From positions 54,126,001 through 54,190,000 of the forward strand of contig CM060734.1 of assembly GCA_030704615.1 (NCBI GenBank): a stretch of 64,000 nt of DNA. Reading direction: 5' to 3'. This stretch comes from Takakia lepidozioides. Lineage: Eukaryota > Plantae > Bryophyta. This document shows, in pieces, positions 39,877 through 61,163 of the stretch. How positions within the stretch are numbered: position 1 is the stretch's first letter; each line of letters starts with the position of its first letter. The notes beneath the pieces were generated by a model. The model worked only from the letters and a program-made list of their open reading frames with translations, made no database searches and was not told where the DNA came from. A program made the position numbers and the translations under genes.

Positions 39877-40400
39877 CTTCCAATATTATTTTTTGTCCTC
39901 GAAGTAGGGCCACCCGTCCGGAGCGGGGGCCGGGAGAGCGGGCGGGCGGGGGACCCGGGCCGGTATCGACGGCAGCGGAGAGAGACAACGTGCGGAAGGG
40001 GGGAAGAGAGAAGAGAGCCAGAAGAGTCGGTCTCGGGCAGGCAGGAGGCCGGGGGTGCCAGAGATCGCACAGAGAGAGAGAGCGAGAGAGAGAAGGGCCG
40101 CGCTGATCGCTTGTCAGTCGGTGGAGCGTTGCAGGCTGGCAGCGAGGGTAGGGCTAGGGTGTGGGCCTGCGGTGGGAGCAAGCACTAGCAATGCGCTAGG
40201 CTAAAGTTAGGGAGGTGCTTTTACCGTAGCGGGGCCTTGATCCACAAGATATCGCTGTAGATGCGTTGTGTGTGAGGATGGGAGCGAGCGACAGCAACCT
40301 CTTGCGGGCTAGGGCAGCATCCGGTCAATGCTGGTGAGGGAAGGGGTGGTGATTGATACAAGGGGCGTGAGAGAGAGAGAGAGGGCGGGGAGAGGGAGAG

Positions 40401-48247
<7,847 letters not shown>

Positions 48248-51200
48248 CAAGAAGGTTTTGCCTCAGGTGGTTGCTATTGTAGAGTGTCTAGAAAATACAC
48301 ATTAGTATACGAACCAAGTGACAACCAGAGCTTGTATATTAGAGGCGTGCACAACCCCTTAATGTAGGTCAAGTATAGAAGAGTGTTGAAGGCTGGTGTC
48401 ATAGAAAATTCTTGAGAACTAGTGGTTGTTAGTTTCACCAGGCATGGATTTAGTTGCATTTTGAACAGATGATCCTGCTATCATGAACTTCTGGCCAGTC
48501 CATGGCATGGTGATGTCCAGCTAGTGCTACCGTGAATAATATTTAACATTTAAGTATTGTGATGACTGAAGTGGAAGGATTATGAGAACTGAAGGTATTC
48601 AAGCCTCCAGGGATTATGCCAGTAGCTATTAAAGGCAGGTGCTGCAGTGTGGTGCAAGCGGTCTTTGATTATTTGAGCTAGCTTTGGCAAGCTCAAGTTC
48701 TATGTGAGTGCCGTCTATTTGTTTCAGGTTTTCGGGCTACAAGGTCTGCTTCAGTCCAAAGGCCTGTGCTTGTATGAATGTCAGTGGTTTTGGCAGGCAA
48801 AGCCCATGCATTTCCTTCTCTGCTGTCGTGGCTATACCAACAATCAGAAACATGGAATATACTCAAGTAAGTATTCTCTTCTTTTGAAGTGACTTGGGCT
48901 CTATTAACGTCAGGCAGATGTGACTTATCATACCTCACTGCATATTCAGCTTTGAAAGCCTTGAGTATGATAGCTGGTTGGATCCTGGACCTATATGCTA
49001 AGTGTGTAAATCAGTTGGTTGGCCATGTTGTGGAGCCTTCCCTCTGCCAGATTCATTGCCGACAAAAGTTTGGCCTGGTTGTATCTCTTGGTTTTCCGGT
49101 TACAATTCAGTTGGTGTACACCCAATTATTCCAATGTATTTTGCCGAGGTCTCCCACCTAGATTCATCTGTTGATTCAATGTGGGGTGCCGGCAGGGCTT
49201 ATCCATTATTTATGTTGAGGGAGGTCAAGTTGTCTTGAAAGTTGAAAATGTTGTGGGCAGCTGGAGCCCTGAAACCCTTAAGGATGGCGACCGATGGATT
49301 CCAAATTTATCTCATGTACCAAGGCTTCAGTAGTTCTGCTTTGCTTTGTTATATGCATAGTCTGCTAAGGATGACCAATCCTGTGTACCTAGATATTCAG
49401 GTATGAACAACTGCAAGCTATAGATATTCTGCAGAACTGAAAACCCATTATACTGCATCCCCATCATGCATCTGTATCTTTTGGATGGTGGCACAGCCTG
49501 GTTCAAATGCACGCAGAAAAGTCCCCAATATGCGCCCACCGCCCACAACAGCTAAAAACAAAAGGCGGTGCACATGCAAGTAGTCGAGGCAGTGTTTCGT
49601 CCTTACCTTGCCTTACCTGAGTGAGGATGGTGGTTGCTGTTAGCCCACATTCTAGCAGGACTTTCGCAACCATGGGCCAAATCATCAACTGCAACTCCTG
49701 ATCTGACCTCTGATCTAGTCTCACTCCCCGAAAGTCAGTTTTCATCATGAAAGGAGCTTGCTTCACACAACCTCTCCACACCAAAGCAACCATGAACATA
49801 GTTGTGCTTCCCAACAGCATGGGTGTCCACTGGGGGTACCCATTGTCCCCAATCTGGCTCAGCAAGCCAACAAGCAGTGGGGAGCTGTCCCAGTGGGGTG
49901 AATGTCGCAATCCGCCGCCCCCTTTAGACTTGTGGGACACTAACTTTCTCTCTTTAAGGATAGGAAAGGGCCCATGAAAGGGCTCTTTCCACCCTCTGCA
50001 TTTGCATTATTACACACCTTTGCTGCCCATCACTAATATGGATATACACTCCGCACATTCCCTCTAATATCTCACGTTGTGGATACAAGAGAGTACGTAT
50101 ACTTCCTTCCAACACATACTTGCACTTTGCTTACACTGAATTCCCAGTACTTACATTGCATGGCTGAGAAGTTTGCTTGTGGCCCATCACACCAGAGGGC
50201 TTTATAGCAGGATGCCACCTTAGGATCACAGCCAGAAGAGAGAGAGATTGACAGAGGGAGAGAGAGAGAGAGACACACCGGGAAAGATTGGGGAGGGAGA
50301 GATAGAGAGGAGAGTAAAGGGGAGAGAGGGAAGTAAGTTAAGTAAGCGAGGAGGGTGAGCACGCAGGACACACCAGGGCCGAGATTAGTGTGTAGGGTAC
50401 GGCAGCAGCACGCTTGTGTTGCGTGCTTGCTTGGCTTGTTGTGCGTGAGTGTTGCGACCTCCATGTCGTGGTTCCGGTCGCTGCGCTGCACCTCCACCTG
50501 GACCAATTTTCTGTTCCGTTCCAAGTCGCAGATCAGGCGCAGCTCGGGGTTGTGCCGGGGTGTGGGGATGCATGAGCTGCCACCATATTCAGCATGCACC
50601 AGCCTTATTACGTTGTGTGGCCTTCACGCTGTTCCTTGAATTGCTAGTGACCGTGGAGGGATTTTAAGGTGGGCGTTGTGTTTGCTGCGTCTCAATTGTA
50701 GTCTGTATGTAGAAGCACTACAGCGAGGTCAAATTCATCACACAGCTAGCTTTGTGGGAGGTGTGATCGCATTACGAGGACTCCTGGGAAGAAAATGTCT
50801 GCCATCATGGCACGGCAGGTGGAATTTGAAACGCAACTCTGGTAATTGGAAGAGATAATGTTCTGCGTGAGAAAAGCTAGCATTTGAATTATGGGTGAGG
50901 ATGATGAATTTCGAACTGGAGAATCGCAATAGGTGGAGTTGTAAAGCACAGCAAGCGCCTGAGCCTATGTAGTGGCCTTAGATTACAGTGCACAAGCAGG
51001 CAGGTGCCAACAGTCTGCGTGCCTGTTAGTTTACTAGAGTCCACGTTGTCTCATCTACTCAAAGTTTATGGAGGTCTAGTTCAGCTTCGTGCTTCCCCTG
51101 CAATCTACCCATGCTATCAAGAGGTCATGCTGGGACTATCGGAGGTCTCCCAAGATTTTTGTGCAAGATTTAAAGTGAGAAAGTGCTGGAGCTCTATGTA

Positions 51201-52146
51201 CCGGATCAGAGTCCTTGAAGTTTCAGAAACGTTGAAGTAAGCGCCTTTGCGTGGTTATGTGTGTGGTTTTTCGTGGAGAGAGAGACAGGGAAAAGACAGA
51301 CGAATAGAAGGAAGACAGAGATTTAGTTTGTGAAATGTTTCGGCCAATGATCTTGCAAATGCCTGGTATTGTTACAGGCATAAGAAAAGCAATGAATACA
51401 AATTTGCCACTGTAGTGGGCAGAGTAAAATGGCTGACTGGTGTGTCCTGTCCTGTCCTTCTCAATCATATGTAACTTGTATCAATTTAGAATTTGAATGT
51501 TTGAGAAGGTGGATGAATAATCTGAGTTGCAAAGTTTGGTACATATTTAGTCACATAGACAATGGAAACTAGGATGAAGGTGAGAGCCTTTCAGAAGTCT
51601 GGCAGACACCTTGAAGATCTCAAAAACCTTCAAATGGGAGGGTGGGGAGCTTACAGAGGGGGTGCGAAGACATTGCTGTGGATTTGCAGTTGGCAGGAGA
51701 GGTTTTGAGGTTGTTTTGGATCTTGTGACAAGGAGCTACAGGGAAAAGCTTGGATCAGCAAAATTGAGGATCTAGATGATCTTGTGATGTTGGGAGGACG
51801 AAGACCTATCAGAAATTGAATGTGAGGGGTTACATCTGAAGGATTTACTGTAAGGCCATCCCATCCCCTTTGTCAGGATGCTCTGAATGGTCTGAAGATG
51901 TTCAATATGGCAGCTCTGAAATTGTAGTGGCATCAGGTGGTATGACTACTGGTTTGTCCAAGCAAGAGGCTAGCTTGTCATGAATTAACTGAAGAGTTCC
52001 AAGCAAAACAACCCCAGATCAAACAGGGATCCTCCAGAGCCAATTTCAAGCCTTGTTTGTCTGACTGGGGGAGAAGTAGCTGTGAGGAGTTGCTTGAACT
52101 GCTGGATAGTGTTGAACATGGAAAGAGTGGAGGGGCTGCCAATCTC

Positions 52147-53925
52147 ATGGAAGTCAAGAGCAAGAGCCTAGCAGAAGCCAGGGCTCAGGGCAGACTGGGC
52201 AGAGATGTCCTTGGGGTGCAAGGCCTACTCCATGGATTCCCAGGACAATCTCAGTGCCCGGGTTCACACGCCGCAGGAGCAATGGGATGTGCACATAAGG
52301 GAGGCCAATCTGGAGCCAAGGTAGGGGAGACTGCTCGAGAGGTCAGTACCACAGCCCCAACCCAAAATGTGGACCCTCAGGTGTATGAAGGAGGGAGTGA
52401 GGTAGGAAGTCAAAGGTCAAGTGGCGGTGACAGGCAGCTGGAAGTCGGTGCTCCATGCCAGATAAGAACAAATAGCAGGGGGGTTAAAGACACGGATGTT
52501 GAGCATTTAGGGAAGGCTTTAGGGTCGCAAAGAAGGGCTGATGGGGGAGATGAGAGGAGAGTGCGTATGCGAGTGAGTGATGATGCAGATGAAAGCAAGG
52601 GAGCCCGAGCTTCTCGACCTTCCGGAGGAAAAGACCGCCATAGTAAAGTTAACACAGCCAAGGGCCCAAGAGATAGGAGGGTACGGCTGTCGGTTTCAAC
52701 AGCAGTGCAGTTTTATGATGTGCAAGACAGGCTGGGTTTTGATCAGCCTAGTAAGGCAGTGGAGTGGCTCATTAAGAAGGCACAATCAGCTATTGATGAG
52801 CTTGCCCATCTTCCTGTGCACAGAGTAGATACTCCAGATATACAGGCTGGTATTCATGTCTCTAACTTCTCTGTTACCTCGCCTGCTGCTGTCAGCACCT
52901 CTGTAATAAGTTCTCGGCGTGGATCCTTTGGAACCCTAGGGATCTATACCCAGCCAAAGTTAGCCCTGAGCAAAAACGTACAGAGTATAGAGGTTGGGGG
53001 AGGGCAGGGACAAACACTGGCAACATCAGGGCCACTTGCAGAGGTAGGCATAACCATGTCAGGCTCAGAAGGTGCACGAGGTAGAGATATGGCTGGTTGT
53101 CTCTCAGCCCGAGTGGAGTCACGAGCAAAAGCAAGAGAGAGAGCCCGGGAGAGGGCGAAGGAGAAGATCTCAGGCAGAGAGGGAGGGAAAGGAATGGGTA
53201 ACCTATCACTGGCATTACGACAGCAGTCTTGTTCCTACACCAATTTGCCATTAGAGGTGGGCAGTTCACTGCAGCACCCATTTCAGGCTCCCTTTCCTGC
53301 TGGCAATCCTCATTTGCGCATGGGATCTCCTTCACGTGCCTTATCAAATGTTTCAGCAGACTCACTGGATCTATCTTCCTTCAGTGGGTCCTGTCTTCCT
53401 TCGTCCCTGTTTGCACCCCATGGACCTCTTTCTCCTCTTTCACTCTCCCAGTCTTTATCGGTCTCTCAGCTCTCTGCTCTATGCCTAACTTCAAACTCCC
53501 TTGGAGCCCATCATCAAACAGCAAATACAGCAACACCCCCAGGCTTTTCTCCTCGTCAGCCTGCCTCAGCTCTTAGGCCGAACCCACCCCCTCATCTGAG
53601 GCAAGAGTCACGACCGCCATTTCGAGGACCTTCCATATCAAATCAAGGGTTGTTTTCTACCTATGCATCTGCATCTCCAGCAGGACCATTCTTAGTCTCT
53701 CCCTTACTGTTGGGGTCTCCTTTCTCTATTTCACATGGCGCGGTTCACCCAACTGCTACTTCTCTCTCAATTGTAGGTAGTGCCAGTTATGATCACCATC
53801 AGGGGTTACAGATGACGTCCCCTGGCAGGAACTCCACCCTCTTCCAGTCTTCAGGCTCTCACATACCTGCCAGGATCCAGGGTTGTCTTGATGAGCTTGA
53901 TGAGGATTTGAAGCCATCCGATTGA
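52147..53925 (+). CDS. Class II (CIN-like) TCP transcription factor with R domain, single coding exon
   Basis: TCP domain [50 protein letters not shown] domain [16 protein letters not shown] and C-terminal IPARIQG. First in-frame ATG is at 52147. Confidence 0.95.
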   Translation: MEVKSKSLAEARAQGRLGRDVLGVQGLLHGFPGQSQCPGSHAAGAMGCAHKGGQSGAKVGETAREVSTTAPTQNVDPQVYEGGSEVGSQRSSGGDRQLEVGAPCQIRTNSRGVKDTDVEHLGKALGSQRRADGGDERRVRMRVSDDADESKGARASRPSGGKDRHSKVNTAKGPRDRRVRLSVSTAVQFYDVQDRLGFDQPSKAVEWLIKKAQSAIDELAHLPVHRVDTPDIQAGIHVSNFSVTSPAAVSTSVISSRRGSFGTLGIYTQPKLALSKNVQSIEVGGGQGQTLATSGPLAEVGITMSGSEGARGRDMAGCLSARVESRAKARERARERAKEKISGREGGKGMGNLSLALRQQSCSYTNLPLEVGSSLQHPFQAPFPAGNPHLRMGSPSRALSNVSADSLDLSSFSGSCLPSSLFAPHGPLSPLSLSQSLSVSQLSALCLTSNSLGAHHQTANTATPPGFSPRQPASALRPNPPPHLRQESRPPFRGPSISNQGLFSTYASASPAGPFLVSPLLLGSPFSISHGAVHPTATSLSIVGSASYDHHQGLQMTSPGRNSTLFQSSGSHIPARIQGCLDELDEDLKPSD

Positions 53926-56900
53926 TTTCAAGCCTTCCTTGAGTGATGTTTGATGCACCGTATTAATGAAGAGGAGGCTGCATGGGATTTGCAGTGTAAG
54001 CATCTTGCAGAGGTACTTTTAGCTTGTGCTGTAAAGATCATACTTCTCTTCTTGGCATTTCTGGATTCTGTGAAATGGAAGCACAGTGTCATCTTCTGCT
54101 GATGAAGATCACAGGGAGCTTGGAAGTTGTGATGCCTAGATGATGGACAAGATGGACATCTGGCATGTATATGTGGATGTGGGGTTTCAACATGGCTGCA
54201 TTGATGAGTACACTGTTCTGTACAATAGCTTGGAGGGCTTCCACTTAGGCAACACAAGTATGTAAACTTATTTGTACTAACATACATGGAACCCTAAGCT
54301 CTCTTGTTAAAACTTGACTCCCATAATGTGTTTAAATTTGGACGGGGAAGACCTATTGAGTTGTATTTTACAGATATTATTATATTGATGGGGTTCTAAT
54401 AAGGGATGACTCTGACATCCTTCATGAATGTCATGTACAAGAGGTTCAAGCTTTGCATCTTAGCAAATTTCTCTCTCTCTCTCTCTCTTGCATACCTTGT
54501 GGGGGGGGAGGGGATTTCTCACCAAGCGTGACACTCTTTAGGAACATGAAGAACATGGTTCCTCCACTCTGTTCACCAACTTTGAAAATCTCAAGGATGA
54601 CCCTAAAGCCCTGGCCCTGTTGGGTCTAGCTTTTGGGTTACTCACACACCGCAGATTGATGCTCGTGTGAAGGATTTTGTAGAGGATATCTGGAAGGCCT
54701 GCACTAATTGTCATTACCAAGTTAAGTCACACTACCGGAGGGAACCCCTCACAATGGTGGTGTCTATTCCCTGTGTTTCCGTCCAAAGTGTCCCCGGGGT
54801 CTGTGGCCACAAGGCTATGACAAACAAAGTCTTTTGAGTACATTCTTCTCTTCCACATACTACCAACCTAAAAAACCAACAGCGGGTCCGGGCTTGCAAC
54901 TCTCATGTGCACTTTGTTCTTGTTTACTTCTGAGAAGTTATTGACATTGCTGGTAAAGTTGATTCTGAGCAATCACATGATTCTCTTGAAATGTGGAGGC
55001 TCAACTCAGAGTGGCTGTCTAAGCTTAATACATCATCAATGCAACGACCATTAATAGTAGATTGTCAATTGCAAGCTGCCATTGAATTGAAGTTTGTGAA
55101 CAGCACAGATGGACAACAGTTCTCAGCGCTTTGGAACTAGAGTTTAGATCAAATAGAAGGCATCTGCAGTCTCGCAGTGTTCGTGACGCTGGGAGTTTCG
55201 TGCAACTTGTGTGATGATCAGAGAACTCTCGAGGGAATTTCGGAAGGCTTTAGCACGCAGTTTTTCACCGTAACTGTATGCTCTCAGCCTCTCGTGTTTG
55301 TCCCTTTGCGGAAATCCAGTCCAGGAGAAGTACCCGGCTTCTCACCCTCATTCTTCTTTTGCAGGGTTTGATTTCTTTTGAATCTACGACGCTCAGAAAG
55401 ACTTTGTGCATTCGTGATCGCCTTCGAATGCCTGGATGTCGTTCGGCCGTGCTGCCGAGTGCAAAGGATAAGATTGAACAACTTGTTACACTGTGAGCAT
55501 CTTATTGCACTCGTGCAGTATTTATGTGAAGTGGTTCTAAAGTTCCAGACTACTGGAGTTATGCCATACATATGTCTACATGATTGGCATAATCAGTTGC
55601 TCAGGGTGCTGCATGGATAAAGCATTGATAAAGGGAAAATTTCGTGAAGATTTGAGTTACGAATTGAGATGTTCTCAAGTTCCTATTTGAATGTATGCCT
55701 GACATGGGTGGCATCGCATGTCTATAGTTCTAATTGGACACACAAAGCTGCTTTGATGTGTGCTGAAGATCACCACGACAGCCATCACTATTGCAGGTCA
55801 GTGGTCCTTTACAGTCTTCGCTGTATAGATAATATAGGTCTTTAGAATCCATACATTCAGTCCTATGGGAGTACTGAGCTGTTGCTTGTCTTCTCAAGAC
55901 ATTCGTCTTGCAAGCACCTCCACAAGCATGCGAGGGCTTGAAGTTGTGATTGAAGAATTCTCCTGTTTTTTTTGCCTTTACACACTCCTGTTCATTTTGA
56001 TATCCTGATTGTCCTAGTTCACATATTAAGGCTTTGAACATCTTTATTTCCCGCTGAGTGAGCATGTGAAAGAAACTTCTCTTTGGTCTGTTTCATCTTT
56101 AGCAGAAAGTTTGTTATACTTACTCGGGTTGAAGTTTTGGCCTCTGAAGCAGATTCCTGATAGCGGGGCTTATAATCTTGTTTCTTTTCATGTCTAGATC
56201 ATAAACAATCCTGTCATTCTGTTTTTGATGTGTTTTCTCATATGCTTTTTGATAGTTTATTCAGCTTTTCCTGGTTTATTCAACGGTTGTTCCTGCTGTC
56301 GATTGTTTTGGCTTTTCTCTTTCCTTTTCTTGTGTGTTCCTTCTGCTTCTTTGGTTTCGCTGGTTTTTCACAGAGGAGGGCCAAAGTATGGAAAGCCGGC
56401 ATCTTCACCGACAACAATTTGGTGCGATAATGGAGAAGCATCATACGAGTGAGAGCGACATGGATGCTCGACTCATGCGGACTCATCTCAGTTTCTGGTT
56501 GACGGCGGTCGGCAATGCAAGCTTACACAGAAGCAGTGAAGTGGCGGAGCAACCAAGCCTACAGCCAGGGTTACAGACTTTACAAAATCTGGGCCGCTTG
56601 AGAACCGCTGAAAGGTTTAGCAAATCCATGAGTTAATCGGGGAGCTAGTTCTGGAGCAGAGGAATGGCATGTACTACGCTCTCTTCATGCGCAGATGTCA
56701 ACAGGAGGAACGTGTGCTAAGGAGGGTCCGAGCGGCGGCGACCGTAGGAAGGCAACAACGATGCGAGGTTGGTACATAGTGTTGAGCGGCTGCTAAGTTA
56801 TCTCAAGGAACTTCCGTGGCCCTTTTAAAAAAGAAACAAAATCGAGACACTGTTGCAAGTACAGTTCAGACAGGGCCACGTACATACGCCTTCGGAGTCT

Positions 56901-57062
56901 AGTTCCTGGGCCGCCCACGGACATGTATCTTGCACAGGATGATCTGGTCACCATGGAGCCGCAAGAGTCGACCTTCACGGCTGTGAGTGATGTAGGTGCA
57001 ACCGAGGATCCTGTCACCTACTGGCGCTCTTACTCGCACAGAGTGGGCAATTTGGGGAGGAA

Positions 57063-57822
57063 TGCGAGTCTAATGTATTCTATTGTAACCTTCGGGCATA
57101 GACATATATATATACTTGAGATCAGGTTGTAGTAGTTGGCAGTAAAGCTACCGGTGGAGGACTTGATGTCTGCACATATCAACAACCTTCTAAAAATCTA
57201 AATTTGTTGATCTAAAAATACAAAGAAATATTCGAATCCACAACAAAACAAAGAATACGTAAATAAACTAAGTTTGTCGCAAATGCTGTTATTTCAAGGA
57301 TGAAATCGCCAAACTTCTCCAAATGAAATGTAATTTCCTGTTATTTTCCAAGAAAGTTAAGACAAAAAAAAAAAAAAAAAAAACGTTGCTTCGTATCCTG
57401 CTTCAAGAAGACATGCAGCTGACATTTTTGGTACACTACCACGAATATTAACTTTCCTAAAGTCTTTTGACACTTCTTAAAGCAGAATACAAATCAACGG
57501 TTTTTTTTTTTTTTTGAAAAATAGCAGGAAATAACCATAATTGCGATTTCATCCTTGAAATAACAGCACAATTTATTGGCGATTTCATCCTTGAAATAAC
57601 AGCATTTGTGACAAAACAGTTTATTTACGTATTGTTTGTCTTGTTGTGGATTCGAATATTTCTTTGTATTTTTAGTTCAACAAAGTTAGATTTTTAGAAG
57701 GTTGTTGATCTATGAGGACATCAAGTCTTCCACCGGCAACTTTACTACCAACTACTACAACCTGATCTCAAGTATATATATGTCTCCGCTCGAAGGTTAC
57801 AGTAGAATACATTAGACTCGCA
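57063..57822. repeat. ~760-bp imperfect palindrome (arms ~350 bp) directly upstream of the KP4-like gene
   Basis: The left arm (tgcgagtctaatgtattct...gaaatcgccaa...poly-A...gcttcaagaag) is the reverse complement of the right arm (cttcttaaagcag...poly-T...ttggcgatttc...agaatacattagactcgca). Confidence 0.95.
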
Positions 57823-57886
57823 ACCAAACAAACACAAGCGACCTCCTCCTCGTAATATTTCTTCGTCTTACTCATTGCAATTCATC

Positions 57887-58338
57887 ATGACACTACATTC
57901 ATCAGTTGTGCTCACCGTTCTCATTCTCATATTAGCCTTGAGCATTCAAGGCGGTGCTCTGGCACTCGGCATCAACTGTCGCGGCAGCATGTATTGCTGG
58001 AAAAGTTGGGACAAAGGACCAATACTGCAAACGTTGATAACCGTCATCAATTTATATATCGACCCCAATCGCTTTTACAACAATGAAGAACAGATTGTCT
58101 GCGGCTTTTTTGGAGGAGATTACTTTTGTGTCTTCTGCCAAAATTCCGGTGGCGCTCCCGGCTCCTCAATCAAGACCTTGCAGATCACGGTTACGAGACC
58201 TACGGGAGAATTCCACTTTTTTATCCAAATGACAACAATGTTGCCAACGGTATGCTGACCGTCAACGCGGTCATCTACCAGGCCTGCTTTCAATATAATG
58301 GCAAAGGCAATAACGCTGTCCTATGCGGCCCCAACTAA
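57887..58338 (+). pseudogene. KP4 killer-toxin-like secreted protein, frameshifted
   Basis: Signal peptide, then LGINCRGS..C..IDPNRFYNNEEQIVC..FCQNSGGAPGSSIKTL. After a frameshift at ~58180 it continues DHGYETYGRIPLFYPNDNNVANGMLTVN..AC. The conserved HGCxxCG reads HGYxxYG. Intronless. Confidence 0.85.
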
Positions 58339-59419
58339 TGTATGCTATAAAAGTGAGTCTCACTAGAGTGAGTCTTCACTTGCGGCAATGCCCGGAAAGC
58401 TAATCTCCTGAAGTGAACACGGTGACGATATATCAAGGAAGAAACCAATTTACTTTGGAAAACTCCATAGATTTTGGGTAGAATATCAAAAATGAAAACC
58501 ATGTATGGATGGGTAGAATTGTGAGCCCTATGGCCATTCCCCAAAAAACTACGTCAAAGAGGTTTTATATGACCAAGATATGGCCAAACCTACAATATAT
58601 AATCTAAATCTGACCTTATCAATTTCAAAATTTGAAACAATAAATGTTAATTCCGCATTCATTACAATAATTTGAAATTTTGGCTTAGAAGCATATGATT
58701 GACTGATTAGTAAAATCATTCACTATAGCTAGGGAACATGACTCACCTATACACGTGGCACAATATGAGTGGCTGAAAAATGCATGGTACCAGCTACGTG
58801 GGATATACAGTCATAGACACTTTTTGACTTCGTCTTTAGTTTAGCAAAGTCCTACATGTGCGAGCTTGCGTGATTATGTGTAGGAGCTAAGTCGTAAAAT
58901 GTGTGGTTTGTATTGTGTGTGTGATTTTTTAAGGTGGTTGACCTAACTTTTCTAATGCATAAAAGAGTTTGTTGTCACTCACCACAGCTTAACTAAGATT
59001 TTGTAGATTTTGAGAATTGATGGATAGTGGTGCAGCGACTATGTTTGGTCGCGGCTTGATGAGAATACGGCGAGGCTGAAGGGGCAGCGCTTTGGAGTAG
59101 AAGACAACTTCTCCATCTTGCAAATGTAGGTTTTTTATCATAAGCATGGTTTGATATTTTTATTGGTGTTTACAAGATTCTTGGAAGGGTCAACTTGGTC
59201 TTAGGAGGCCGAGTTTTCTATGGCAAATGGCTGCTCAGCTGCACCAAAAAATTTGCATTTGAAGAATAGTTTCGATGTCAAGGTTAAACTTCCCAGAAAA
59301 GTTCTTTAAAGAATCAACTGAAGTAGCTCTTTGAGGTTCATACAATTGAGCTCGAATTTGTCTTGCTTTGCATCCAGTACAACCATAAATAGACAACCAA
59401 TAGTTGTTGTCAGGAAGAA

Positions 59420-59500
59420 GCATTCTATTATAACCATCGAGCGGAGACATATATATACTTGAGATCAGGTTGTAGTAGTTGGTAGTAAGGTTGCCGGTTG
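59420..59500 (-). repeat. Third partial copy of the palindrome arm (TATA-containing segment)
   Basis: attctattataaccatcgagcggagacatatatatacttgagatcaggttgtagtagttggtagtaaggttgccggt matches 57076-57155 and the reverse complement of ~57733-57808. Confidence 0.9.
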
Positions 59501-60361
59501 ACGAGCCTCGCCGCGCACGCAATTGTGGAGAAAAGACGATCTCAATCTGGGGCCTGGAGTCCGGCGATGAGGTGGGTTAGGCTCAAGAACCGCCCATTTG
59601 TGAGATGTGTCGCTAGTCTTGGAGGGTCAGCGGTCGACGGAGGGAACTCCTCCCGCTATTCTAAACTATCAACAAACGCGGGGTCCAACTCCCATGCTCG
59701 AAAGGCAAACTGTTGGTATGACCTACGGAATCTACTCCTAATTAATTGTCTTCCAAGACTTCTTTATTCGCGTTAACACGGCTTCACCCTGGAGCTTGTC
59801 AGTTTTCTCGGGATGTCCTCTCCGCTTGGAGTGACTGCTTTCGGCAGACTCTGCACAGCATTAAGGGCTGCAAGCCGCTTAGGTCGGGGCTGCTTCACAA
59901 ACATGTTTCCCCGGATTGCACGTGTGTGCAAAGGGGTCGCCTACGTTCCTAGTATCTAGAGGGGAAGCACATCCTAGCCTAGAAGAAAAACTCTTTACCG
60001 GAAAATATCCCAATTTTACGCTATTTTCTAGGGCTCATGGCTTTTTTCTAGAAATAGCTTTCAATAAGTAAAATGAGAAACATACTATCCTAGGTAAGCT
60101 CTTCTAATTAGGAAATAGAAATAACCTAGATTTAATTATCTCTATTCCTATTTTTTGGTAATTTTCTAAGCAAAAAACCCCTTTAATTACTTAGGCTGGA
60201 AATTCACTAATTCTAGAAAATTAGGCATTAGGTAGGAATGTATCCAAGCTTTCCAAGGACCTATGGCTTGGCCTCTACATAATTCACTAACCCCTTCTCA
60301 TAGCCCAAAAACCCTTCTTACAGTGGGGAAACCATAGGGAAATGGCCCTATAGGTCAAAAC

Positions 60362-61088
60362 CAGTGTTGGGCGGGTATATATGTTGATATATATACCCAG
60401 CCGGGTAATAATCAGGGTATCATACTATTGACACCCGCCACCCAAATTTTTGGTGGACCCGGCTTGAGTTAGAACCGGCGAGGGTCATCTCGTCACTTAC
60501 CCGGCCCAAGCTAGAACCGGGAGGGCCCAACTTGGCTTATTACATGAAACCGGACTTGAACCTTGAAAATTAGACGGGTAGTAACTTTGAACAACACCTT
60601 GAGATTTTATTAGAACCTTGCTGCATTCATGGGTAGTAATTATGTAGCCACATGGGGTCCGCATTTAAGAGGATTGTTACTCAAAGGCTTGTGGAAGAAA
60701 ACCCAAGTATGGAGTTGTAGGACTCCTATCTCTTTTCTTTTTCTTTTTTTCCCTTTTCTGAACCAATTCTGGTCCTCTTAATTGTCATTCTTCATATTTC
60801 ATTTTGTTTATGTTTTTCTTTCTTTCTGGTCCTCTTAAAATCTTAATGTATCATAACTGAAAATCAGGTTATATTGATAACCGTTGTATGGGACCGGTGG
60901 TGTTCCACTTGGATAATGACATATTGATAACCTGAGAACTTTTTTTGGGGGACACTTCTATTGATAACCTCTATCCGCCACAATTTCCAAACCCCTACAT
61001 TATATATAACCGTCTCCATACCGATTTACACAAAGATGCCTTACCCGACCCTTCAATATGCCCAAATTGTCATACCCGCCCAACATTG
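60362..61088. mobile_element. hAT-family MITE, 727 bp
   Basis: TIRs CAGTGTTGGGCGGGTAT / ATACCCGCCCAACATTG with a perfect 8-bp TSD GTCAAAAC (60354-60361 and 61089-61096). Confidence 0.92.
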
Positions 61089-61163
61089 GTCAAAACACCC
61101 CCCCTAGGCCCTTAATAAACAACACCCTAGCCCCTAGGTCTCAAGTTCAAATCCCCTTACAGC

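Noticed and set aside
49503-50667. ORFs around the GA-rich tract upstream of the TCP gene
   Set aside because: Consistent with promoter or 5' UTR sequence; no coding signature.
56334-57060. Coding-like GC-richer stretch left of the palindrome, tested as a mirror KP4 copy
   Set aside because: No KP4 motifs on the minus strand, frames are interrupted, and identity is unknown.
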